Source of the DNA: Candidatus Hodarchaeum mangrovi
GTDB lineage: Archaea > Asgardarchaeota > Heimdallarchaeia > Hodarchaeales > Hodarchaeaceae
NCBI GenBank assembly: GCA_016839515.1
Contig: JAEOUE010000138.1
Location: forward strand, 1-52,430
Length of the DNA: 52,430 bases
Direction of reading: 5' to 3'
The notes under the pieces were generated by a model. That model had not been told where the DNA came from, did no database searches, and saw nothing but the letters and a program-made list of their open reading frames with translations. A program made the position numbers and the translations under genes. Positions 29,550-38,413 of the stretch are shown here, piece by piece. Every line of letters starts with the position of its first letter. Within the stretch, counting starts at the first letter, position 1.

Positions 29550-29920
29550 ACCAAAGGCAATCCGTGGTGGAGCAGGAAAAATGTCATTAAATGGTTCAAA
29601 AATGTCTGATGAACTTTCTGTATTCTCTAGTTCAGAAATTATCCTAAAAAGTGGTTCCGTTAGGGGGTTCCTCCATGATTAGATTATAACTTTAAAATTC
29701 TTTACTATAGAATAACAAATTATAGAGCTTAAATAATTGTCAACATTCTTATATTTCTTTTAATCCCTTTCTTCAAAAATATATGAGTTTCATTTTAATC
29801 TTTCAAATATCCTATCTCATTTTTTAGATTATATAATAATATTTTACTATGAGACAAGAGATAAGGCCCTGATAAAAACCTGAAACATCTGAAAACGACT
29901 TTCACTTCATCTATAACATT

Positions 29921-30184
29921 TTATTCAGCTATAACATCTTCATTATTATCATAAGGTCTATTAACCGTGGGATTGAGGGAGATTCGTTTGATTTTCCCTT
30001 TTTGAGGTTCATAAAGCACACCTCTTCGAATAAGAATCCTCAAAACATTAAGGATCGTATTTTCAGAATAACCTAGCTGTTTTATTTCGCTGATAATTTG
30101 AAGACTTTCAATAGACTTATTTTTTGATCGATTAAAAATAGCATTCAGATGTTTTTCTATTTGTTGAAAATCAGGGATACTCAA
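29921..30184 (-). CDS. Small stand-alone winged-helix protein (MCM/RPA2 C-terminal WH-like)
   Basis: IISEIKQLGYSENTILNVLRILIRRGVLYEPQKGKIKRI matches the L...G..YEP..G....V/I pattern. Confidence 0.6.
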   Translation of the reverse strand: MSIPDFQQIEKHLNAIFNRSKNKSIESLQIISEIKQLGYSENTILNVLRILIRRGVLYEPQKGKIKRISLNPTVNRPYDNNEDVIAE

Positions 30185-30427
30185 CTTCCAACATCCTTTA
30201 AGAATAATAATCTACAAAATAGTTCTTTTCACTTTCTTAAAAATTCATCTATATCATGACAAACAATTTATCTACTTTAGGTGAATCAAGAAGCTATTTG
30301 CCATAAAAAAAGTCTATTTAACTAATTGAATATAGTTATTCATAGAGAGAAATTATTGGCTTTTAGGAATTAAATTAATTTAACTGAATGCAATACGAGC
30401 TAGAATTTCAATTAGGTGCTTATTCTT

Positions 30428-32356
30428 ATGCCTGAGGAGCCGAAAATAGAAAGAGAAAAGCAGAGAAAAGATGTTGATATAGATTTAGTTAAAATTACTG
30501 AACGAATTATTAAAGGCGATCCTAAAAGTAAAGAAGAACTAAAAAAACATATAAAAATGCTCAAGGCTGATATTCAACAAAAAGAATGTGAATCTACCTT
30601 AAGTAAGAATATAAGTATTAATCCAACATTAGCTGTACAAGTAAATGATTTAATAAAGAGATTAAAGGCTTTTTCCAATATAGAACCCCAGACAATTGAT
30701 GCATTAGTAAATCAGTTTAACTCAAGTCTTATAACATTAGAAAAGGATATAGAGAAAGGAGTTAACGAAATAACTCAAGAATTTATAGTAGAAACTCCCA
30801 AATTAATAAAAAATCAACTCGATATTGTGAAAACGATCATTCTCAATCTTAAAAATGCTAGTACTAAAGCTATTGAAGAACAATCATATGATAAAGCAAT
30901 AGCTATACTTAATGATACCAAAATGAATATTTTACCCCTAATAGGTAATACTCAAGATATTCCAGAGCAAGAGAAAATAGACTTAAAAAGATCAATTCTT
31001 AATGAATTAGGTAATGCTCTTATTGAAAAAGGAATGATCGATGATGCAATTTGTGTTCTTGATGAGACAATTAAGACATTAGAACCTCAGATAATTGTCT
31101 CAAAGAAGGAGATCAATTCATATTTAGAAGTACAAGTAAAAAAAAGTCTGTTGTTAGTTCAATCAGGCGATTTTTCAAGAGCAATCGAAATTTTGAGTTC
31201 ATTACATGACAATTGCTGTGCTGATGAAGGAAACCCATCCATTTTGGGGGAAATTCAACGAGGCTTGGGAATGGCATATCGGGGGATGGGATCCTATGAT
31301 CTTGCCTTAAAGCATTTTTTAGCAGCTCAAGATCATTTTACACAAAACAACGATTTTGAGGGATTCAATTCAGCGTTATGGGGGCAAGGAATTTTACATT
31401 ATCTTCGAGGGGAGTGGAATGAGGCCCAAGAAATCTGGCGGAAATTAAAAGATTTTTATGAAAAAAGATCCCCAAAAATGCTTTATAAGTTATATTTTGA
31501 GTATACACGAACACTTCAGTTATCTGGTGATTTTACTACGGCGGAGGAAATGTTAAAGAAAGCAGAAAATATTCTAAATGATAATTCTATCAGTTTACAT
31601 CATTCATCTAGAGCTTATATATTTTTAGCTTTTGCAGAGCTTTTTCTTATACAGAATCGTGTCTCTGAAGCCTTAAATGCTATTGAATCGGTTAGATCTT
31701 ATTACCAAAATGCTGATACTGAAACACTCAAAAAACTTCCTAATGAATTGAAAATACTTGATATCGAAACAGAAATTTTATGTAAACAAGAAAAAACTAT
31801 CTTAGCACGAGAAAAATTAGTGAAAGCATTTTCAACATGTAAATCAAATTGGGATTATGCCAAATATTTTCGAATCCTTTCTCGTATTGAAAAGCATGAA
31901 ATGAATTATGGAGAAGCTATTAAAGCTTTGGAATCTTCAATTGATAAAATAAAAGAAATTGGAGCCACAACTTATTCTGATCAGCTTTTGTTAATAGAAT
32001 TGCTTATAGATATGGCACGAATCGGAAATCAGAAAGCATACAGCAAAGCAGTAAATCTTCTTCAAAAGATTGAATCTGAAATTACCAATAAAAATCTCCC
32101 AGTAATAGATTTAGAGTGTAAATTGATGAAAGGCTTACTGACATGGAGTCAAAATGAATCAGAAAAAGCATTTTCTATTTTCACCCAAGTAGTAGATTCA
32201 GCAGAACAACTTAAATTATACAGGCTTAAGAGTAAAGCTATTGAAAGTATGAATGCAATTGAACATCAAGATCAGCAATTAAGTTCCTCTACGAGGGAAA
32301 AATCAGTATTTCGTTATTTAGATGATGCTCGTCGTATATTAGGAGAATATTCCTGA
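30428..32356 (+). CDS. Tetratricopeptide repeat protein with N-terminal coiled-coil
   Basis: Repeats such as LGNALIEKGMIDDA, LGMAYRGMGSYDLA, GILHYLRGEWNEA; AGGTG SD before ATG 30428. Confidence 0.8.
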   Translation: MPEEPKIEREKQRKDVDIDLVKITERIIKGDPKSKEELKKHIKMLKADIQQKECESTLSKNISINPTLAVQVNDLIKRLKAFSNIEPQTIDALVNQFNSSLITLEKDIEKGVNEITQEFIVETPKLIKNQLDIVKTIILNLKNASTKAIEEQSYDKAIAILNDTKMNILPLIGNTQDIPEQEKIDLKRSILNELGNALIEKGMIDDAICVLDETIKTLEPQIIVSKKEINSYLEVQVKKSLLLVQSGDFSRAIEILSSLHDNCCADEGNPSILGEIQRGLGMAYRGMGSYDLALKHFLAAQDHFTQNNDFEGFNSALWGQGILHYLRGEWNEAQEIWRKLKDFYEKRSPKMLYKLYFEYTRTLQLSGDFTTAEEMLKKAENILNDNSISLHHSSRAYIFLAFAELFLIQNRVSEALNAIESVRSYYQNADTETLKKLPNELKILDIETEILCKQEKTILAREKLVKAFSTCKSNWDYAKYFRILSRIEKHEMNYGEAIKALESSIDKIKEIGATTYSDQLLLIELLIDMARIGNQKAYSKAVNLLQKIESEITNKNLPVIDLECKLMKGLLTWSQNESEKAFSIFTQVVDSAEQLKLYRLKSKAIESMNAIEHQDQQLSSSTREKSVFRYLDDARRILGEYS

Positions 32357-32357
32357 T

Positions 32358-33854
32358 CTATCTTCCATATAACTTACTCATTGTTTCTAGTTCTTCTCCG
32401 TATTCAGGAGTGAGCTGATCCCATTTAAACCTCCATTGCCAATTTCCAGTTTCACGACCAGGTAAATTCATCCTTCCCTCCGTATTGAGTCGCAGTAGGT
32501 CTTGTAAGGGAATCACACTCATATTAGCAACTGAAGCCCATGCTAGGCGAATTAAATCACCTGTTATATCCTTCCCATTTGATTTTAAGTAATTCAAAAC
32601 ATGATCTTGGACTTCTGAAGGAGCAGATTCAAACCAGCTTTTGGTAGTATCATTATCATGTGTACCTGTATATATAATACAATTTTTCGTATAGTTATGT
32701 GGGAGATATCGATTCTCAAAATATTCCGATCCAAAGCCTCCAAAGGCAAACTGGAGGACACACATCCCTGGGAATCCTGTTTTTTGAAGCAATAATTCTA
32801 CAGCAGTAGTAATGACTCCTAAATCCTCTGCTATAATTGGTAAAATACCATATCGCTGTTTTAACCGTTTAAAGAAGTCATAACCTGGTCCCGAAATCCA
32901 GTTACCATTGGTTGTTGGTTCTGAAGTAGGAATACGCCAATAAGCTTCAAAACCACGAAAATGGTCAATTCGTAATATATCAACAAAGGAAAATGAATGT
33001 AAAATTCTTAAAAACCACCATCGATATTTTTGGCGTTTATGTACATCCCATCTGTAGAGAGGATTACCCCATCGTTGTCCTTCGGTTGAAAAATAATCAG
33101 GAGGTACTCCTGCTATATATGTCATTTCTCTCTGTTTATTTAATATAAATAAACTTGGGTTTGCCCAGACATCAGTTGAATCAAAGGCAACAAATATTGG
33201 GATATCGCCAATAATTCGAATATTTCTTTGATTTGCATAATTTCGTAAATCACTCCACTGTTTAAAGAAAATGAACTGCACAAACTTCTGAAATAAAATT
33301 TCTTCATGATATACTTTAGTCCAAGAATCTAATGCCTTTGATTGGCGATATTTTAAAGAATCTTCCCAAATATTCCAAGGTTTAAAATTATTCGATTCCT
33401 TTATCGTCATAAAAAGAGCAAAATCATCTAGCCAATGTTTTTGCTTCTCTTGGAAAGAAACAAATTCTTTATGTAAGAAATGACTTGAATTGTGAGAGAA
33501 ATTATGAAATGCTTGCTTTAATAATTCCCATTTGTAAGGAATAACTATACCATAATCGACCTTTAATTGGGGAAATCCTTTATCTTCTATTTCAGATAAA
33601 GAAAGAAGTTTAACTTCTATTAATTTCTCAGGGCTAATTAAAAAAGGATTTCCTGCATAGGATGAAAAAGAGCTGTAGGGAGAGTCTCCATATCCAGTAA
33701 TTCCAAGTGGTAAGACCTGCCAAAGACGTTGTTTATATTTATACAAAAAATCAATAAAAAGGTAGGCACTATTTCCGAGATCTCCAATACCGAACTGGCT
33801 AGGAAGGGATGTGGGATGTAATAAAATTCCACCAGAGCGATTATTATTCCACAT
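32358..33854 (-). CDS. malQ: 4-alpha-glucanotransferase (amylomaltase, GH77)
   Basis: GILLHPTSLP, WQVLPL, AGVPPDYFS..GQRWGNPLY; catalytic RIDHFRG, IAEDLG, GTHDNDT. Confidence 0.95.
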   Translation of the reverse strand: MWNNNRSGGILLHPTSLPSQFGIGDLGNSAYLFIDFLYKYKQRLWQVLPLGITGYGDSPYSSFSSYAGNPFLISPEKLIEVKLLSLSEIEDKGFPQLKVDYGIVIPYKWELLKQAFHNFSHNSSHFLHKEFVSFQEKQKHWLDDFALFMTIKESNNFKPWNIWEDSLKYRQSKALDSWTKVYHEEILFQKFVQFIFFKQWSDLRNYANQRNIRIIGDIPIFVAFDSTDVWANPSLFILNKQREMTYIAGVPPDYFSTEGQRWGNPLYRWDVHKRQKYRWWFLRILHSFSFVDILRIDHFRGFEAYWRIPTSEPTTNGNWISGPGYDFFKRLKQRYGILPIIAEDLGVITTAVELLLQKTGFPGMCVLQFAFGGFGSEYFENRYLPHNYTKNCIIYTGTHDNDTTKSWFESAPSEVQDHVLNYLKSNGKDITGDLIRLAWASVANMSVIPLQDLLRLNTEGRMNLPGRETGNWQWRFKWDQLTPEYGEELETMSKLYGR

Positions 33855-34379
33855 CTAAGCTGATTCCTCTAGAAGCTTTTTAATATCATCCCAAAACCAA
33901 TCATTTTGATATATAGGATATTTCTTTTGTAATTGTTGAATTTCAGATTTTATATTCTCAGTTAACTGGTATTCTGTAGATAAATGAATTGGACAGTTAT
34001 CATCAAGAAAAATTTTACCAGTAATAAAAATTGGGTAGTATTTGCAATAAAGTGGTTTTTTATCGTGAATTTTACAAATCAATTGAGAATTCAAATACGG
34101 ACATTTAATTTCATGATAAAAAATACCCCCTCCTTCAGTTAAATATAAACCTCGATAATCTTCAAATAAATATAATTCATCTGGATTCAAAACAATGTAC
34201 ACATGTTTACAGCACTCATTCTCGGTAAAATCTATGCAATTATTACAAGGATTGGAGTCCTTCAATTTCTTCGAATCCAAGAATTTTACCTTCTTCGAAA
34301 TAATTTTAATAATAGTCAATAGAGGATTAGAACGACCAAACTTGAAAGATGTGGTTTCAACTAATCTGTCTCGAAACAT
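33855..34379 (-). CDS. YkgJ-family cysteine-cluster (CxxC...CC) protein
   Basis: CNNC...CC, CPYL, CKIHDKKP..C..YP. Start uncertain. Confidence 0.75.
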   Translation of the reverse strand: MFRDRLVETTSFKFGRSNPLLTIIKIISKKVKFLDSKKLKDSNPCNNCIDFTENECCKHVYIVLNPDELYLFEDYRGLYLTEGGGIFYHEIKCPYLNSQLICKIHDKKPLYCKYYPIFITGKIFLDDNCPIHLSTEYQLTENIKSEIQQLQKKYPIYQNDWFWDDIKKLLEESA

Positions 34380-34446
34380 TATTGGGTTTTTATATAAAAA
34401 GCTAATTCTAATTTTCTGGATTCATATGCTTTTTTAGGTGGATAAA

Positions 34447-34791
34447 ATGTCAAAAGTTGATGAATTTAATCAATATCGTGAGAAATTAAATGAAATAATC
34501 CTATTAAAAGGAAATAAAATTACTAAACGATTTTTCAATCTTGATACCAATACCTACCAAGATGGTGCACTTACATCAAAAACTAAGGAACTATTAGGCC
34601 TTGTGGCTAGTCTAGTACTGCGTTGTAATGACTGTATAAACTATCATATCCTTCAATGTCATAAATTAGGAGTGACAGAAGCAGAATTTTATGAGACATT
34701 TAATGTTGGGCTAATAGTGGGTGGTTCTATAGTTATCCCTCATCTTCGTAGAGCGGTAGAAATTCTAGAAGAATTAGTTCAACAGGAGTAA
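34447..34791 (+). CDS. Carboxymuconolactone decarboxylase / AhpD-like protein
   Basis: GAL..KTKELLGLVASLVLRCNDCINYH...VGGS; AGGTGG SD before ATG 34447. Confidence 0.88.
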   Translation: MSKVDEFNQYREKLNEIILLKGNKITKRFFNLDTNTYQDGALTSKTKELLGLVASLVLRCNDCINYHILQCHKLGVTEAEFYETFNVGLIVGGSIVIPHLRRAVEILEELVQQE

Positions 34792-34800
34792 GAAAAGTCC

Positions 34801-35574
34801 TTAAAGTTCAATCTTGTAGTAAACTCGTTGACGAGTTCCAATAGAAATGGTCTCAGTAGAAAAATTAAAATTAGCCTCATTAAACAATTTATTTATCTCC
34901 TCAACTAAACTAGGTATTGTTAATTGAAAATAGACTTTAGGAGGAGACTTAAAAGATTGAACTTCGTCTAGTAGGTTTACAATAAACTCATGGCCTTTTT
35001 TCCCACCAACAAGTTCAATTTTTTGGCCAGAGAAACCTTTCTTTGATTGAAGCGCATTATAATATTCCTCATCATACTGAGGAGGATTTGTGACTATAGC
35101 ATCAAACTTGTCAAGGGATTCAAACAAATGTGTTAATATATTTCTTTCAGAATTAGAGTATATTATTGAAATTTTGTTTTCTAAATTATTTAACTTAATA
35201 TTACTTATTGCAGATTCATAAGCCAATGGATCAATCTCTGTGGCGACGACAAAACAACCAATTCGAGCTAACATTAAAGCTAGTATCGCAGAAGCACCTG
35301 TACCAATCTCTAAAATATTAATAGGAGAGAATTGAAGAATCCATTCAATAAAAGACCATCTACTACAAATTGTTGGAACCAAAAATCCTTGAGGAATAGT
35401 AAATTCTAATGAAAGAAAATCTCGTAAAATTAATTGATTATAGAGAAGCAAAGATTCAGGATTTCCTAGATTAAGTCGATTATTCTGAAGATACTTTCTA
35501 AATTCAGGATATTTTCTCGCAGCCTCCTTGATGGGTAATCCACAAGGTTTGGCTGGAAGTCGGTACTTCTCCAA
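34801..35574 (-). CDS. RlmF/METTL16-related RNA m6A methyltransferase
   Basis: YN..IL......F.IP.G.LVPT..SR, LEIGTGASAI, VATEID, TNPPQY, E..GG. Confidence 0.78.
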   Translation of the reverse strand: MEKYRLPAKPCGLPIKEAARKYPEFRKYLQNNRLNLGNPESLLLYNQLILRDFLSLEFTIPQGFLVPTICSRWSFIEWILQFSPINILEIGTGASAILALMLARIGCFVVATEIDPLAYESAISNIKLNNLENKISIIYSNSERNILTHLFESLDKFDAIVTNPPQYDEEYYNALQSKKGFSGQKIELVGGKKGHEFIVNLLDEVQSFKSPPKVYFQLTIPSLVEEINKLFNEANFNFSTETISIGTRQRVYYKIEL

Positions 35575-35614
35575 GAAAACAATTTCTCCATAAAATTTAT
35601 CTATTTAAAATATA

Positions 35615-36526
35615 TTATTCTATATCTGATAGAAAATTCGAATATTCTGACATAATTGCTTTAGCTTGCTTTTTCTTAATATTTGGGCTAGTATGGTCAA
35701 ATCCTTCAAATTCAATAAGTTTTGCGCTTTTAAATCTAGAATTAAGATCTCTTGCAAGTTCAATCGGAGTAGTTTTATCATGAGTACCATTAAGTAATAA
35801 TATAGGTAAATTTTCTATTGATTTGATACAAGAAGCATAGAAGGGAATTTCTTCTTGTATATCTTGAGCATAATATCTAAAAAGTAGCTCAAGTGTTCTA
35901 ATTGGTGTTCCATCAAGCAAAGGTAAGATTCTCCGTTCCAATATCCAATGCATTATTTTTTCTTTTAAACTTAAATCTGAATATTCCTTTTGAAATACAG
36001 CAGGAGTATATATTGTCCTTACAATTCGTTTATAATTCATTGAATTGATATTTTCAGAGAATATGTCATTTAATGTCTTTAAACTTTCATAACGTTCTAT
36101 AAAAAGATTATCATCTGAATTAAGTTTAGGATAAAGAAGGTTAACAATTCCATATCCTGCAAGACTCACTACTCTCTTTGGATATAATCCTGAAAAAACT
36201 TGAGCTACCATGGATCCTTTACTTACACCAAAAAGGTGAGCTTTTGAAATTTCTAGAAAATCTAATAACCCTAGAAGTTCGTCTGCAAGACCTTGAAGAG
36301 TAAATTGTTCGTTTTTTGGGGAAGACTTACCAATTCCTTGATAATCATAGAGAATATAAGGGTAAATGTCTTTTGTTAATTCACGAAATGCAGGTAAATA
36401 CGTGGATAGCCATTGCTGATAGTTGAATATTGAACCATTGAGAAAAATAACTGGAATTTTGCCTTCCTTATCATTTTTGTAAAAGTAATCAATCTCAATT
36501 TCACATTTAATATTGGCTATTGGCAT
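35615..36526 (-). CDS. Alpha/beta-fold hydrolase
   Basis: YDYQGIGKS, nucleophile elbow GVSKG, GTHDKTT, FDH. Confidence 0.85.
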   Translation of the reverse strand: MPIANIKCEIEIDYFYKNDKEGKIPVIFLNGSIFNYQQWLSTYLPAFRELTKDIYPYILYDYQGIGKSSPKNEQFTLQGLADELLGLLDFLEISKAHLFGVSKGSMVAQVFSGLYPKRVVSLAGYGIVNLLYPKLNSDDNLFIERYESLKTLNDIFSENINSMNYKRIVRTIYTPAVFQKEYSDLSLKEKIMHWILERRILPLLDGTPIRTLELLFRYYAQDIQEEIPFYASCIKSIENLPILLLNGTHDKTTPIELARDLNSRFKSAKLIEFEGFDHTSPNIKKKQAKAIMSEYSNFLSDIE

Positions 36527-36552
36527 TTAATCACCTTTTCATTCAAGAAAAT

Positions 36553-38256
36553 CTATGAATCCCATTTTCCTTCAGATCTTAGTCTTTGAACAATTTCCTC
36601 ACCTTGTTGTTTTAAAGCCATATAATCAGTTTTACCAACTCGTGTAAGAGGAAGAGTGCCTGTCTTTACGATTTCAAAATGGCTAGGACGCTTATATGCT
36701 GCAATATTTTTAACTGCCTCTTCTAACTCTGTTATTGAAAGATCCTGTTCTTCGTTTTTTTCAACAAAAGCCATAATTCCTTCAGTAAAAACCTCATGAG
36801 GAATTCCCACGCAAGCAATATTACCTACTTTTCCTTTGAAAGATTGGGCAATAAAATCCTCAACTTCAGTCGGAAATACATTATAACCTTTTGGTTTAAT
36901 TATAAACTTAGCACGTCCAGCAAACTGAAGTCCTTTGTCATCATAGGATCCTAAATCACCAGAGTAACAATAACCATCAGTTGAAATGGTTTTTCTTGTA
37001 TTTTCTTCATCATCGAGATATCCAAGGAATACTTGGGGTCCCGAAAAGCAAATCTCCCCAACTTCTCCAGGATTTTTTTCATCACCAGCTGATCCATCAG
37101 AATTCATAGGATCTCGAATTGAAATAGGACTAATAGGCATGTCATAACCAATACTAGCTAAAATTTCATCAACAGTGCCACCATGAGGAGTATAGGTCAG
37201 AAAACCAGCGCCTTCAGTCAATCCAAACCCGGATCCAAATTTAGGAGCCATGGTTGATAATTTTTCAAGGAAAGGGCGAGTTACTGCTTGGCCTCCATAA
37301 ATTGCAAAACGTAAAGATGAAAGATCAAATGTTTCATAATTCAGTAAACGCCATTGCATGGCAAAAAGCGCTGGAATCTGCCCTAAAACAGTTGCTTTAT
37401 ATTTTTGAACTGCATCTAACGTTTTTTCAGCATCAAAGATATGAAGGATCAGACTTATCCCTCCTCCATAAATAGTTGTGGCTAATTGTTCCGTAGTACA
37501 ACCAACATGGCTTGGAGGAAGGTTTACACACATAATATCATTTTCATCCATGCCAAAACCAACTGCCAGCCCTATATTTTGTACTAAAATATTCTCATGA
37601 GAAAGTAGTGCAGGCTTAGGAAATCCCGTGGACCCAGTTGTAAAAATAATTAAACATGGATCCTGCTTATATACCTGTTTTTGAGCATTCCTCAATTTTC
37701 CTGTAAGTAATGCTTTAATATAAGTTCCTTTAATTCCCTTAATAAATTCTGAGATCCCAATTGCTCCATCCATAATCAGATCTTCTTCTTTTTGGAATTG
37801 TACCCAGTACTGGCAGATATTTTTATGTTCTTTCATCACCTCAGCAACTATTGGCCGAAAATCTGCTCGTTCAGTTTTTCCTAAAAAGAAGTATACCTTT
37901 GGTTTTATTTTTTCGAAATTTCGACTAATCTCTTGAGTTTTTAACCTTAGATCTAATGGAGCAATAACAAGGCCAATCCGGTAACAGGCGTACATCAAAT
38001 AGATATGCTCTTTCAGGAGAGGAAGTGAGGTTGCAATAATATCTCCTTTAGATAATCCCAGCGAAAGAAGTTTTGCAGCAAAAGCTTTAGATTTGGTGGC
38101 AAAATCCTTCCATGTAACTTCTTCCCCAGTATCATATTCTATTAATGCAATTTTGGAGCCTTTTTGTTTGGCATAGAGATCTACATAATCAAACATCCGT
38201 GGAAGTAGTTCTTTATGTCTTTTCTGACATTCTTCATCCATTTTTGGGTCTTTCAT
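36553..38256 (-). CDS. Class I adenylate-forming enzyme (acyl-CoA synthetase)
   Basis: FTTGSTGFPK, GFGLTE, GYL, SGDLG, GRAK..I..KGYNVFPTEVE, VGK. Confidence 0.9.
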   Translation of the reverse strand: MKDPKMDEECQKRHKELLPRMFDYVDLYAKQKGSKIALIEYDTGEEVTWKDFATKSKAFAAKLLSLGLSKGDIIATSLPLLKEHIYLMYACYRIGLVIAPLDLRLKTQEISRNFEKIKPKVYFFLGKTERADFRPIVAEVMKEHKNICQYWVQFQKEEDLIMDGAIGISEFIKGIKGTYIKALLTGKLRNAQKQVYKQDPCLIIFTTGSTGFPKPALLSHENILVQNIGLAVGFGMDENDIMCVNLPPSHVGCTTEQLATTIYGGGISLILHIFDAEKTLDAVQKYKATVLGQIPALFAMQWRLLNYETFDLSSLRFAIYGGQAVTRPFLEKLSTMAPKFGSGFGLTEGAGFLTYTPHGGTVDEILASIGYDMPISPISIRDPMNSDGSAGDEKNPGEVGEICFSGPQVFLGYLDDEENTRKTISTDGYCYSGDLGSYDDKGLQFAGRAKFIIKPKGYNVFPTEVEDFIAQSFKGKVGNIACVGIPHEVFTEGIMAFVEKNEEQDLSITELEEAVKNIAAYKRPSHFEIVKTGTLPLTRVGKTDYMALKQQGEEIVQRLRSEGKWDS

Positions 38257-38413
38257 TTAGAAAACCTCATATTGATACGCTTTAACTACATATCCTTTCA
38301 TTAATCATCTTTAAGCTTTTTGATGAACAAAAATTTAGTATCAGAAATAATTCTAGACCAACTTGTCTAATCAATAAAAGTCAAAAAAAGAGCATAAAAG
38401 AGAGAAATCGTAG

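Noticed and set aside
19900-30400. Integrated mobile element carrying the defence genes
   Set aside because: No integrase, transposase, tRNA target or flanking direct repeats could be seen by eye.
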